From an uncultured Burkholderiales bacterium (GTDB lineage Bacteria; Pseudomonadota; Gammaproteobacteria; Burkholderiales; Burkholderiaceae_E), in assembly GCA_903923345.1 (NCBI GenBank), contig CAIXXI010000084.1:1-48605 (forward strand): 48,605 nucleotides of DNA. The letters run 5' to 3'. A program made the position numbers and the translations under genes. Shown here piece after piece: positions 9,291 to 18,161 of the stretch (position 1 is the first letter of the stretch; every line of letters starts with the position of its first letter). The notes under the pieces are model-generated. The model was not told where the DNA came from. It worked only from the letters and a program-made list of their open reading frames with translations, and made no database searches.

Positions 9291-10226
9291 TCAGCCCAGC
9301 GCCCGCTTCAAGGCGCCGGCACAGATTGCAACCGCTTCATTGGCCTCATCGAGCACCTTGCCCATGGTGATGAAGCCATGGATCTGGCGCTCGAAGCTGA
9401 TCAGCGAAGCCTTGTTTCCAGCCTGCGTCAGCCGCTGGGCGTAGGCCAGACCTTCGTCGCGCAGCGGGTCGTAGCCGGCCACCAGCACCAGTGCCGGCGG
9501 CAGCTTGCTCAGGTCCTCGCACAGCAGGGGCGCGGCACGCCAGTCCTGGTCGTGGCGATCGTCATCGATGTAGTGGTCATGGAAATAGCGCATCGAATCG
9601 ACCGTCAGCAGCAGGCCCTGGCCATTGACGTTCGATGAATGCGTGAACCGGCGCATGACGGTGGCCGGGTAAATCAGCAGCTGGAATGCGATCGGCAAAG
9701 TGCCTTCATTGCGTGCAGCAATCGCCACCACCGCAGCCAGATTGCCGCCGGCGCTGTCGCCACCAATGGCGAGCCGGGCGGCATCGACATTGAGCGAGGC
9801 GGCATTGCGCGCCACCCAATGGGTTGCGGCCAGGCAATCATCGACCGCCGCCGGGAACCGGTGCTCGGGTCCCATCCGGTAATCCACCGACACCACGGTG
9901 CAGCCCGCAGCACTGGCCAGGTCGCGGCACAGCGAGTCATGGGTGTCGAGATCGCCGATCACCCAGCCGCCACCGTGGTAGTACACCAAGACGGGCAGGG
10001 GGCCGGCCGATGCGGGCAGGGGGCGATACAGGCGCAACGGAATCGGGCCATGCGGCCCTTCGGCTGAGAGGGCCTGCACGTCAGCCATGTCGGTCGGGTC
10101 AGGCTGCGTGAAAAAGCGCCGGGCGCGATAGGACTCGCGGGCATCGGCGGGGGTCTGCTCCCAGACCTGCGGCAGGTTTCGGGATGCGATGAGGTCGAGC
10201 AGGGCCCGGGCCTGTGGATGCAGCAT
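9291..10226 (-). CDS. Alpha/beta hydrolase, hormone-sensitive-lipase-type esterase
   Basis: HGGGW oxyanion motif (VYYHGGGWVIGD) and GDSAGG nucleophile elbow. I prefer the ATG at 10226 (MLHPQARALLDL), which is preceded by AAGGAGAC. The track start at 10325 adds an Arg-rich 33-aa extension. Confidence 0.85.
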   Translation of the reverse strand: MLHPQARALLDLIASRNLPQVWEQTPADARESYRARRFFTQPDPTDMADVQALSAEGPHGPIPLRLYRPLPASAGPLPVLVYYHGGGWVIGDLDTHDSLCRDLASAAGCTVVSVDYRMGPEHRFPAAVDDCLAATHWVARNAASLNVDAARLAIGGDSAGGNLAAVVAIAARNEGTLPIAFQLLIYPATVMRRFTHSSNVNGQGLLLTVDSMRYFHDHYIDDDRHDQDWRAAPLLCEDLSKLPPALVLVAGYDPLRDEGLAYAQRLTQAGNKASLISFERQIHGFITMGKVLDEANEAVAICAGALKRALG

Positions 10227-10336
10227 GGAGGTCTCCTTCAGAATGGGTGTGCGGCGCAAGCGTAGCGCACACCGGCTGCGCGCCGGGCGTCGCCGCACGC
10301 CAATTCGATACCATCGGGTCATCAAGGAGGAGAGCC

Positions 10337-11131
10337 ATGAATCCAGCCGAATGCAATCAGGCCGCAGCCCTGCTGTGGCGCCATTTCAGTGCCCCTTCCC
10401 GCTTCGATGATCTGCCGCTGTCGTGCCGGCCAGTCGACCGCAGTCAGGCCTATGCGGTGCAGGCCGAGTGGGCGCGCCTGTCGGGCGAGCCGGTGGTTGG
10501 CTGGAAGATCGCCGCCACCGCCAAGGCCGGTCAGCAGCACATCGGCGTCGATGGGCCGCTCGCTGGGCGCCTGCTGCGCAACCGGGTGCTCGCCCCGAAT
10601 GCGGTCATCGACCTGAGCGGCAACGCGATGCGGGTGGCTGAAGTCGAATTCGCCTTCCGCATGGCCCGCGATCTGCCGATGCGCGATCAGCCCTATTCGC
10701 TCGACGAAGTCATGGCCGCGGTCGGCAGCCTGCATCGTTCGGTCGAAGTGCCCGATTCGCGCTTCCTGGATTTTGCGAAGGTGGGTGCGGCGCAGCTGAT
10801 TGCCGATGACGCCTGTGCCAGCTGGCTGGTCCTGGACGAGGCGATCACCACTGACTGGCGTGCGCTGGATCTGGCGGCCCATGCGGTCAGCGCCTCGATC
10901 AATGGACTCAAGGTGGCGGATGGCAGCGGTGCGGCGGTGCTGGGTGATCCGCGCACGGCCCTGACCTGGATTGCCAACGAGCTGCGGGTTCATGGCCCTG
11001 GCCTGCGCACCGGGGACGTGGTGACCACAGGTACCGCGATCGTGCCCGCGCCGATCGCACCGGGCGATCACTTCGAAGCCGACTACGGGCCGCTGGGCCG
11101 GCTGTCGGTGTCGTTTGCTGTCGCGAGCTGA
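10337..11131 (+). CDS. 2-keto-4-pentenoate hydratase family protein (MhpD/HpcG-like hydratase/decarboxylase fold)
   Basis: ATG at 10337 is preceded by [21 protein letters not shown]...VEFAFRM...GDVVTTGT is typical of the FAH-fold hydratase family. Confidence 0.75.
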   Translation: MNPAECNQAAALLWRHFSAPSRFDDLPLSCRPVDRSQAYAVQAEWARLSGEPVVGWKIAATAKAGQQHIGVDGPLAGRLLRNRVLAPNAVIDLSGNAMRVAEVEFAFRMARDLPMRDQPYSLDEVMAAVGSLHRSVEVPDSRFLDFAKVGAAQLIADDACASWLVLDEAITTDWRALDLAAHAVSASINGLKVADGSGAAVLGDPRTALTWIANELRVHGPGLRTGDVVTTGTAIVPAPIAPGDHFEADYGPLGRLSVSFAVAS

Positions 11132-13281
11132 GGCCGCTTGACCGGCTCAAGCGGCTGAGCTGAAGCCGTAAAGCGCTGCACGCATTCCAGCAGCGTGGCC
11201 AGCAGCAGGGGCTTGGTCAGAAAGGCGTTCATGCCCAGCCGCATGCACTCATCGCGGTCTTCACTCATGGCATTGGCCGTGACCGCGACGATCGGCGTGC
11301 GGGCGTTCGGGCCGCTGCCGGTGCGGATCAGACGGGTTGCTTCGAACCCGTCCATGACCGGCATGCGCAGGTCCATGAGGATCAGCGAATAGGGCTTGCT
11401 GGCGGCTTTGGACACGGCTTCTTCGCCGTCAACCGCCAGCTCGATGGAGCAGCCGATCCGCTCGAGCATCAGCAGGGCGACCTTCTGATTGACCAGGTTG
11501 TCCTCGACCAGCAAGACCTCTGGCAGCCCGCTGGACTTGAGCTTGGCTGGCCTCTCTGACGTGGTCACTTGGGTCGGGACTGGGACGGGCATCTGCGCTG
11601 AAAAATCCGTCACCGTCTGGGCCTCGGCCGTGGCGGGCGCCGGCTGCAGCGGCAGTTCAATCCAGAACAGCGTGCCCTGACCCTCCTCGCTGTCGAATCC
11701 GATCTGGCCGCCCATGGCCTCAACCAGCCGTCTGCTGATGGCCAGGCCCAATCCGGTGCCTTCGAAGCGGCGGCTGTGAGACCGATCGACCTGGCTGAAG
11801 TCGCCGAAGACCTGATCGTGCTGACCGGGTGCGATGCCCACGCCAGTGTCCCTGACCTCGAAGCGCAGGCCATCGGGCGTGCGCAGCACTTCGAGTGTCA
11901 CGCCGCCCTGTTGGGTGAATTTGATGGCATTGCCCAGCAGATTGACCAGCAACTGACGCACACGCAGGCCGTCGCCCACAAAGTTGCTCTGTGCCTGCGG
12001 CTCGACGGTCACCGCAAAGCGCAGCCCTTTGTGGGCCGCTTGTGCTTCGAAGATCGCCTTCAGTGAGGCGACGCAGTCGGCCATCGAAAACGGTTCGTGG
12101 GCGAGTTCGAGACGGCCGGCCTCGATCTTGGAGAGATCGAGAATGTCGTTGAGGATGCCCACAACCGACTGGCCTGAACGAACGATGTTCGCGGCAAATT
12201 CCTGCTGCTGTGGCGCCAGCGGCGTCTCAAGCAGCAACTGCGACAGACCGATCACGCCATTGAGCGGGGTCCGGATCTCATGGGACATCGTCGCCAGAAA
12301 TCGGGATTTTTCCTTGTTTGCAAGTTCGGCCTCGTCCTGAGCCTGTTGCAGCTGCTTCATGGCGCGCTGCGATTCCCGAAGGGACCGGATCAGCCAGGCG
12401 GTCAGACCGAGCAGCAAGGACGTGAGCAGCGCACTGCCGATCACCAGACGGCTGCGATAGTCCGCGCTGCCTTCCAGCACAGCCGACTCGGCTCGCCCGG
12501 CAACAAAGTGCAGGCCGTACTCGGGCAGCGACTGCCAGGAGTAGACCCTCGACTTGCCGTCGATGGGTGATTCGCGACGAAACACGCCGGACGGCGGCGC
12601 GCCCGGCAACAAGTACGGGCTGCCAGTGATCCGCTGCCCCAGCGTGCTGTTGCCGCTCGGAACTCTCGCCATGATTTCGCCGGTCTGACGCACGATCGCG
12701 ACGAAATCTTCCTGACGGGTGGCCAGCTGCTTGCCAAAGGCTTCAAACAGCTCGGATCGAACCGAGATCTGGATGACGCCTGCGAAAGCACCATTGCGGA
12801 CAACGGGTCGGGTCAGGTGGATGGCCCAGATGCCCGAGAGCCGACCCTTCAGCGGCTGACTGATGTACAGCTGGTCGCGGGCATGGAACTCCCGCTGAAA
12901 CACAAACTGCTCGCGATCGCTCAGGTTGGTGGTGGCTGAGCCGAGCGTCGAGAAGACCAGCATGCCGCTGGCATCGATCACGGAAATCTGCGAGGCATAG
13001 CCGTCCAGGTCCTTACGGTGCCGCTCGACAATGTGTTCAGGCAGGCGCAGCTGCGCATCCAGGGCGCCTCTCGATTCGAGCAGGACTGCATCCAGATGCC
13101 GGCAGACCGAACGGGTGTATTCGGCAAAGACCGCAGCCTTGCCTTCCATGCGCAATTCGGCCTGGCGCAGGGCTGCATTTCGGGTCGACTCGACTTCATG
13201 CCAGACCGCGGTCCAGAGCGCGGCCAAAGCAAGCACGACGACAAGCAATAACAGCTGCTGGGGAAGGGGGGGGCGATTCAT
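11083..13281 (-). CDS. Hybrid sensor histidine kinase/response regulator with periplasmic Cache-like sensor
   Basis: N-terminal TM, then a periplasmic region of about 270 aa, then a second TM ([20 protein letters not shown]). H-box is [14 protein letters not shown]. HATPase N/G boxes are LLGNAIKFT and [15 protein letters not shown]. The C-terminal receiver is [11 protein letters not shown]...[13 protein letters not shown]...VTANA...LTKP. Confidence 0.9.
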   Translation of the reverse strand: MNRPPLPQQLLLLVVVLALAALWTAVWHEVESTRNAALRQAELRMEGKAAVFAEYTRSVCRHLDAVLLESRGALDAQLRLPEHIVERHRKDLDGYASQISVIDASGMLVFSTLGSATTNLSDREQFVFQREFHARDQLYISQPLKGRLSGIWAIHLTRPVVRNGAFAGVIQISVRSELFEAFGKQLATRQEDFVAIVRQTGEIMARVPSGNSTLGQRITGSPYLLPGAPPSGVFRRESPIDGKSRVYSWQSLPEYGLHFVAGRAESAVLEGSADYRSRLVIGSALLTSLLLGLTAWLIRSLRESQRAMKQLQQAQDEAELANKEKSRFLATMSHEIRTPLNGVIGLSQLLLETPLAPQQQEFAANIVRSGQSVVGILNDILDLSKIEAGRLELAHEPFSMADCVASLKAIFEAQAAHKGLRFAVTVEPQAQSNFVGDGLRVRQLLVNLLGNAIKFTQQGGVTLEVLRTPDGLRFEVRDTGVGIAPGQHDQVFGDFSQVDRSHSRRFEGTGLGLAISRRLVEAMGGQIGFDSEEGQGTLFWIELPLQPAPATAEAQTVTDFSAQMPVPVPTQVTTSERPAKLKSSGLPEVLLVEDNLVNQKVALLMLERIGCSIELAVDGEEAVSKAASKPYSLILMDLRMPVMDGFEATRLIRTGSGPNARTPIVAVTANAMSEDRDECMRLGMNAFLTKPLLLATLLECVQRFTASAQPLEPVKRPQLATANDTDSRPSGP

Positions 13282-13433
13282 CGGGTTGAGCAGTCGGCGA
13301 TGCTGGGGGTCAGTCGGTCTGGCTGCGCAGCACGTTTGGTCGGATCATTCGGTTGGCTGAAAAGCGGTCGAGACTGTCAGATTGCGTCAGGATTGTAAAT
13401 AGCGCTGAAGCTGGACGATGTTACTCTGAAGGC

Positions 13434-13916
13434 ATGAATGCCCTGTTATGGACGCTCGTGGCCCTGCTCATCGTGGTCGGCATCGCCGGGACGGTGTTGC
13501 CGGCCCTGCCGGGTTCGGCCCTCGTGTTTGCCGGGATCCTGCTGGGTGCCTGGATCGATGGTTTTCAGCGGGTCTCGACCGTCGTTCTGGTGGTGTGCGC
13601 CGTGCTCATGCTGCTGTCCTGGGCGGTCGATTACTTTGCCGCGCTGCTCGGTGCAAAGCGTGCCGGTGCCAGCCGCGAGGCGATCATCGGCGCGGCGATC
13701 GGCACGGTGCTGGGCGTGTTCACCGGCCTGATCGGCCTGTTGTTCATGCCGCTGGCGGGTGCGGCCATCGGCCAGTACCTGTCCGAGCGCGATGCCGGGC
13801 GGGCTGCGAAGGTCGGCATGGCCACCTGGATCGGTCTGCTGATCGGCACGGTGGCCAAGGTGGTGCTGAGCTTCGTGATGGTCGGGGTGTTCGTGGCGGC
13901 GCTCTGGTTGGGCTGA
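13434..13916 (+). CDS. DUF456 family membrane protein
   Basis: 160 aa with four hydrophobic segments. MNALLWTLVALLIVVGIAGTVLPALPGS...GAKRAGASREAIIGAAIGTVLGVF matches the DUF456 pattern. I prefer the ATG at 13434 over the TTG at 13353. Confidence 0.7.
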   Translation: MNALLWTLVALLIVVGIAGTVLPALPGSALVFAGILLGAWIDGFQRVSTVVLVVCAVLMLLSWAVDYFAALLGAKRAGASREAIIGAAIGTVLGVFTGLIGLLFMPLAGAAIGQYLSERDAGRAAKVGMATWIGLLIGTVAKVVLSFVMVGVFVAALWLG

Positions 13917-13998
13917 CCACGCGGCTCAAGTTGGCCCGCTGGCTGCCGATGAAGCCTGCATGCGCCCAGCGACCCAGTCCTCCCCAGACCGCGCGGTC

Positions 13999-15672
13999 AT
14001 GTCGCCTCGTACGGCTTTGGTCGTTGACGAGCAGGCGCTGGTGCGCAAGGCCCTGAAGGACCTGCTGCATTCGATCGGTTTCGAAACCGTCCAGACCGCG
14101 CAGGATCCGCTGCGGGCGATCCAGATGATGGAGTCGGAGACCTTCGGACTGGTGCTGTGCGAGGTGCGCTTTCGCTCCCGCATGACGGGCTGCGAGGTGC
14201 TGGAATACGCCCGCGCGCGGCGCCTGATCGCGCCGTCAGCCACCTTTGTGTTACTGGCTGCGGCGGCGGACCGTTCGCTGGTGGCCACCAGCCGCGAGTG
14301 GCAACCCGACGCCTTGCTGCTCAAACCTGTGGTTCCGGCCATGATGGCGCCGCGAATCGACCAGGCCCTGCAGCGGCGTGCAGCCTTTGCACCGGTGCAC
14401 GAAGCCAGCCAGCAGGGCAATCCGGCTCGAGTGCTGGACTGCGTCGACCAGCTGATCGAGCAATCGAACGGGCCGACGCTGGAGATGTTGCGCTGGCGGA
14501 CCCAGTCGCTGCTGGATCTGGGCCGCGTTGAGCAGGTGCGCGATGTCTGCAATCAGGCCCTCGGAATCAAGGCGTCCTTACCCTGGGCGGAGCTGGCGCT
14601 GGCGCGCTGCGACCATGAGGATGGCCGCTCCGAGCAGGCCTGCGAGCAGCTCGGCCGCATGGTCCGGCTCAACCCGTATCTGGGCGGCGCCTATGACCTG
14701 CTGGTCGAGATTCACCAGCAGGCAGGACGGGCCACCCAGGCGCTCGAGGTGGCCCAGGCCGCGGCGAGCGCGCTGGCCACTGCCCGACGGCTCAGGACGG
14801 TGGGCGAGATGGCCTATGCCAAGGGCGATCTGGCCCTGGCGGAAAGTTGCTATGTCGACCTCATCCAGACCACCAGCGGGTCACTGACCCGCAGCGGGCT
14901 CGACGTCGGGATGCTCGGGCAGGTGCTGGTCACCCAGGGGCAGGCCGAGAAAGCGATTCAGCTGGTGGCCCGATCGAGTGCCCGGATGGCCGATGATCCC
15001 GATTCTCAGGCCCTGGCCGCCGCGGTGATTGCACAGGCCCATACGGCGCGCGGTGACGGCGAGGCCGCCCAGGACTTTGCCCGCAAGGCCCTCACGCTGA
15101 CCGCGACCCACAGCCCGCCCCAGGCGGTGGCGATGCTGGTTGCGCAGGGCGCGTTTGCAGCCGGTCTGAAGGACGAGGCGACGGCGCTGGTGCGCGAGAC
15201 GATTGCTGCTGCGCCGATCACGGCGGTGGGCGCACTGGCCCGCAAGGTCCTGGCCGATGCCGGGCTCAAGCCCGAGGCCTTTACCCGGGCGACGCCGCCG
15301 CTTGCACCGGCTCCGCCCGCGCGGATTGCCCAGCCTGTATCCGAGGCCAGCAGCCCAGCCGCGCAGGGCCAGGGCGATCGGGAGCGCCCGGTTTCGGCCG
15401 ATCTCGATGCCGCGATCGACGCCCTGCATCAGGCCCGGTTCGACGAAGCCCGGGCCCATGTCGACCAGGCCCTGCGGCGATTGCCGGCCAACCCGCTGGT
15501 GCTGATGACGGCGGTGCAGGTCTACATGATGTCGATGCACGCCCGCGGCTTCGATCCTGACACCGCCCGCGAAGTCAGGCGCTGCCTGGGCGAAGTCGAT
15601 CGCCAGATTCCGGGGACACAACGGGTATTTGCAGGCCGAGCGTCTACGAGTCCGTCTACGAGTCCGGTCTGA
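13999..15672 (+). CDS. Atypical (Asp-less) receiver domain protein fused to a TPR-like helical repeat region
   Basis: The CheY-like N-terminus ALVVDEQALVRK...FGLVLCEVRF...FVLLAAAAD...ALLLKP aligns to CheY D12/D13, D57, T87 and K109, giving D/E, E, A and K respectively. The remaining ~430 aa are Ala/Leu-rich helical repeats (e.g. LGRVEQVRDVCNQAL, MAYAKGDLALAESCY). Start taken at ATG 13999. Confidence 0.7.
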   Translation: MSPRTALVVDEQALVRKALKDLLHSIGFETVQTAQDPLRAIQMMESETFGLVLCEVRFRSRMTGCEVLEYARARRLIAPSATFVLLAAAADRSLVATSREWQPDALLLKPVVPAMMAPRIDQALQRRAAFAPVHEASQQGNPARVLDCVDQLIEQSNGPTLEMLRWRTQSLLDLGRVEQVRDVCNQALGIKASLPWAELALARCDHEDGRSEQACEQLGRMVRLNPYLGGAYDLLVEIHQQAGRATQALEVAQAAASALATARRLRTVGEMAYAKGDLALAESCYVDLIQTTSGSLTRSGLDVGMLGQVLVTQGQAEKAIQLVARSSARMADDPDSQALAAAVIAQAHTARGDGEAAQDFARKALTLTATHSPPQAVAMLVAQGAFAAGLKDEATALVRETIAAAPITAVGALARKVLADAGLKPEAFTRATPPLAPAPPARIAQPVSEASSPAAQGQGDRERPVSADLDAAIDALHQARFDEARAHVDQALRRLPANPLVLMTAVQVYMMSMHARGFDPDTAREVRRCLGEVDRQIPGTQRVFAGRASTSPSTSPV

Positions 15673-15694
15673 AAAACTCGCCGCAGCGCCTGCC

Positions 15695-16708
15695 TCAAGT
15701 CCGGCCGCGCCGCCCCAGCCACCAGCCCAGGCCAAAACCGAGTCCGACCGCACACAGCGCCAGCAGTCCGAGCCATTTCAGCAGGTCGGCCGCGATGGCG
15801 CTGATCTGCGTCAAACCCGGCCAGCCCAGGCTTAGAGCCAGCCGCTGCGCGCCGGCCGCGATCGCAGCGGGGGTGAGGCTGCCGTCACCCTCGGCGCGGG
15901 CCAGTTTGATAGCTTCGTCAACGCCGGTCGCAGCCATCTCGAGCCGCTTGCGCTGTTCGATCACCGACAGTTCACCCCGCCAGTAGATTGCGCGGGCGAG
16001 TTGTCGCAGGCGCAGGTCGGCCAGGCCGAGCCCCTGGCTGGCGATGTCCGAAAGACTGCCCGGGCCGGGCGGCAGGCCCCCGAGCTGGGGTGCCATCGAC
16101 AACCAGGCCAGTGCAATCGAGGTGCGCGCCATCGAGGCATCCTTGATCGGGTGAGCGTTCAGCTGCTCGTCGATCAGCCGGCGACTGTGCGCCATCGCCT
16201 GGGCGTCCAGATGACGGGCGGCCATCGCCTCGGCATCGCGAGCCAGTGCCGACGCGGCCTCGCGGGCCATCGACTGTCCTGCCGCACCGAAGGCCGCCCG
16301 AGCCGCTTTCGATTCGGTGAACGTGGCCATCTGCCGGCCCAGTAACCAGAGATCGAGCAGGGCGAGCTGGGCCGCCGGCTGCAGGCCAGCCGCGGTGGCG
16401 GCATCCAGCGTGCCGAGCTTCCAGCGCGTGGCCGCCGCCGCGATCAGCTCGTCGTCGGTCTGGGCGCGGATCCGGTCGGCCGCCTGCTGGACCTGGTCGG
16501 CCATGCGTTCGGCCAGCAGGCGAGCCTGCAGCCGCCCGGCGGTCTCGGCAGCCGCAAGGGGGGCCGATGAGACGGTGAAACGGAGGTCCTGCATGCGAAC
16601 CGACGGCAGGTGGCGGTAGGCCAGAAAGGCCACGACGCTCAAAGCCACGACCGCCCCAGCCAGCGCAGCCAACAGTGAGCGCACGCTGACCAGGCCGCTT
16701 GGGCTCAT
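15695..16708 (-). CDS. Hypothetical bitopic membrane protein (N- and C-terminal TM, Ala-rich helical core)
   Basis: 337-aa ORF whose ATG overlaps the upstream TAXI gene stop (ATGA at 16705-16708). N-terminal TM is LLAALAGAVVALSVVAFLAY and C-terminal TM is LGLLALCAVGLGFGLGWWLG. I recognise no family. Confidence 0.55.
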   Translation of the reverse strand: MSPSGLVSVRSLLAALAGAVVALSVVAFLAYRHLPSVRMQDLRFTVSSAPLAAAETAGRLQARLLAERMADQVQQAADRIRAQTDDELIAAAATRWKLGTLDAATAAGLQPAAQLALLDLWLLGRQMATFTESKAARAAFGAAGQSMAREAASALARDAEAMAARHLDAQAMAHSRRLIDEQLNAHPIKDASMARTSIALAWLSMAPQLGGLPPGPGSLSDIASQGLGLADLRLRQLARAIYWRGELSVIEQRKRLEMAATGVDEAIKLARAEGDGSLTPAAIAAGAQRLALSLGWPGLTQISAIAADLLKWLGLLALCAVGLGFGLGWWLGRRGRT

Positions 16709-18105
16709 GTTCCCGCGATGGTCGCCGACGCGTTCAGTCGGGCCCGGCTGACCTGCGCGATGCGCTCCTCGAGCTGGTTGTGCACGAAGTGCAGGTGCGC
16801 CCGCAGGGAGTACAGGTCTGCGCTGAAAGCCAGCGGCGTGCCGGTCGAGACCAGCTGAGCATCGATCTGATGCAGGCGTCGCAGCTGATCTTTGCTGTCG
16901 CCGCGCCCGGCCATCACGGCCGCCTCGATCATGTGCAGCTCGCCATACCAGCGGTAGATACGCCGACGCATGTGCCAGCGCCAGGCAATCGGGCCGAAGT
17001 GGGCGATCGGGCCGACGAATGCCACCAGCGGCAGCGCAAAGAACAACAGGCGTTGCGCCCAGATCGCCTGAGACAGCGGCAGGTACTGGCGCAGGAAGCC
17101 GGGCCCGTTCTTGTAATAGCGCTCGGCTTCCGATGACAGCGGAAAGGGGCCGGGTTCAGTATTTGGAAATAGACCGGGCTTTGCCAGGATCGATCCCGAT
17201 CCATGCACCTGACGGGCCGCTTCGATCATCAGATCGATAACGAGGGGGTGCAGGTCTTCACGAGCCAGCAATACGGCGGTGGTGGCGACCAAGGTCACGT
17301 CCTGCGAAGGCAGGTCGTCGTGCGGGACGATCGACCCGGCCGGCAGGACCAGCTTGTGCAGGTAGGGCGCGCGCCGGGTCATTGCATCGGCACGACTCAG
17401 GCTGACCAGATGCAGCTTGGGATTGCTGAGCACCTTGGCAACGATCGGCGCCTTGGGCGAGGTCAGGAAGAAGACGGCATCCAGTGCACCGGACTCCAGC
17501 GCCTCGATGGCGGGATAACCGCCGATCTCGAAGTACTCGAGTTGCCCGCGCCCGCTGTTGTCGGCAGGCTTGTCCAGGCCATAGTCCTTGATCAGTGCTG
17601 TAGCCACCACGTTGCTGCCGGAACCCACCGGGCCGATGGCCACCTTCTTGCCGGCCAATTCGCGAATGTCGGTGATCTCTTTGCCGGCATGGGTGAGCAG
17701 CCACATCGGCTCATAAAAGACATGGCCGAGCATGACGATCTTCTGCTGTCCGGCTGGCGTGGGCAGTCCGGTCTGGAAGAGCGCCAGATCGACACCGCTG
17801 TTCGGATCGGACAGTCGATTCAGATTCTCGACCGCGCCGGTCGACGGCCGCAACTCGAGTTCGATGCCGTGCTTGGCCAGTTCCACGCGATATTGCTCGG
17901 CAAAGGTTTGGTAACCCCCGCCTGCGCTGCCGGTCGAGATCACCACCCGGCTGGGCGGAACCGGCTTGAGCAGAAACGCGGTCGCGGCCAGAGTGGCCAG
18001 GGCCAGAGCCGCCAGGGTCGCGAGCCACCAGGGATTGAAGCCGGCCGGCCGCACCGGTAGATCGGCCGGTCTCGAGGGTTTAGGGGAGAGTTCGGGTTGG
18101 TCCAT
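16705..18105 (-). CDS. TAXI-family TRAP-type solute-binding protein with N-terminal anchor and C-terminal TM plus cytoplasmic helical tail
   Basis: VVISTGSAGGGYQTFAEQY..STGAVENLNRL..GVDLALFQ..GKKVAIGPVGSGSNVVATALIKDYGL are TAXI-family hallmarks. A C-terminal hydrophobic stretch follows (LLFFALPLVAFVGPIAHFGPIAW), then about 90 aa of predicted helix. No DctQ/DctM-type membrane component lies in the window. Confidence 0.75.
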   Translation of the reverse strand: MDQPELSPKPSRPADLPVRPAGFNPWWLATLAALALATLAATAFLLKPVPPSRVVISTGSAGGGYQTFAEQYRVELAKHGIELELRPSTGAVENLNRLSDPNSGVDLALFQTGLPTPAGQQKIVMLGHVFYEPMWLLTHAGKEITDIRELAGKKVAIGPVGSGSNVVATALIKDYGLDKPADNSGRGQLEYFEIGGYPAIEALESGALDAVFFLTSPKAPIVAKVLSNPKLHLVSLSRADAMTRRAPYLHKLVLPAGSIVPHDDLPSQDVTLVATTAVLLAREDLHPLVIDLMIEAARQVHGSGSILAKPGLFPNTEPGPFPLSSEAERYYKNGPGFLRQYLPLSQAIWAQRLLFFALPLVAFVGPIAHFGPIAWRWHMRRRIYRWYGELHMIEAAVMAGRGDSKDQLRRLHQIDAQLVSTGTPLAFSADLYSLRAHLHFVHNQLEERIAQVSRARLNASATIAGT

Positions 18106-18110
18106 CGGGC

Positions 18111-18138
18111 GCAGGTCGCAGGTCGCAGGTCGCGGGTG
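18111..18138. repeat. Heptanucleotide tandem repeat (GCAGGTC)x3 plus a degenerate fourth unit GCGGGTG
   Basis: Read directly: GCAGGTC at 18111-18117, 18118-18124 and 18125-18131, then GCGGGTG at 18132-18138. It sits in the 56-nt spacer between the glgA stop (18162) and the TAXI gene start (18105). Confidence 0.9.
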
Positions 18139-18161
18139 GATTCGAGCCAGTCGAGTCTAGC

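Noticed and set aside
13448-14056. A 202-aa Arg/Gly-rich ORF and a 97-aa ORF (13438-13731), both in alternate frames over the DUF456 gene.
   Set aside because: These are alternate-frame artefacts. The DUF456 frame gives a coherent four-TM protein with family motifs.
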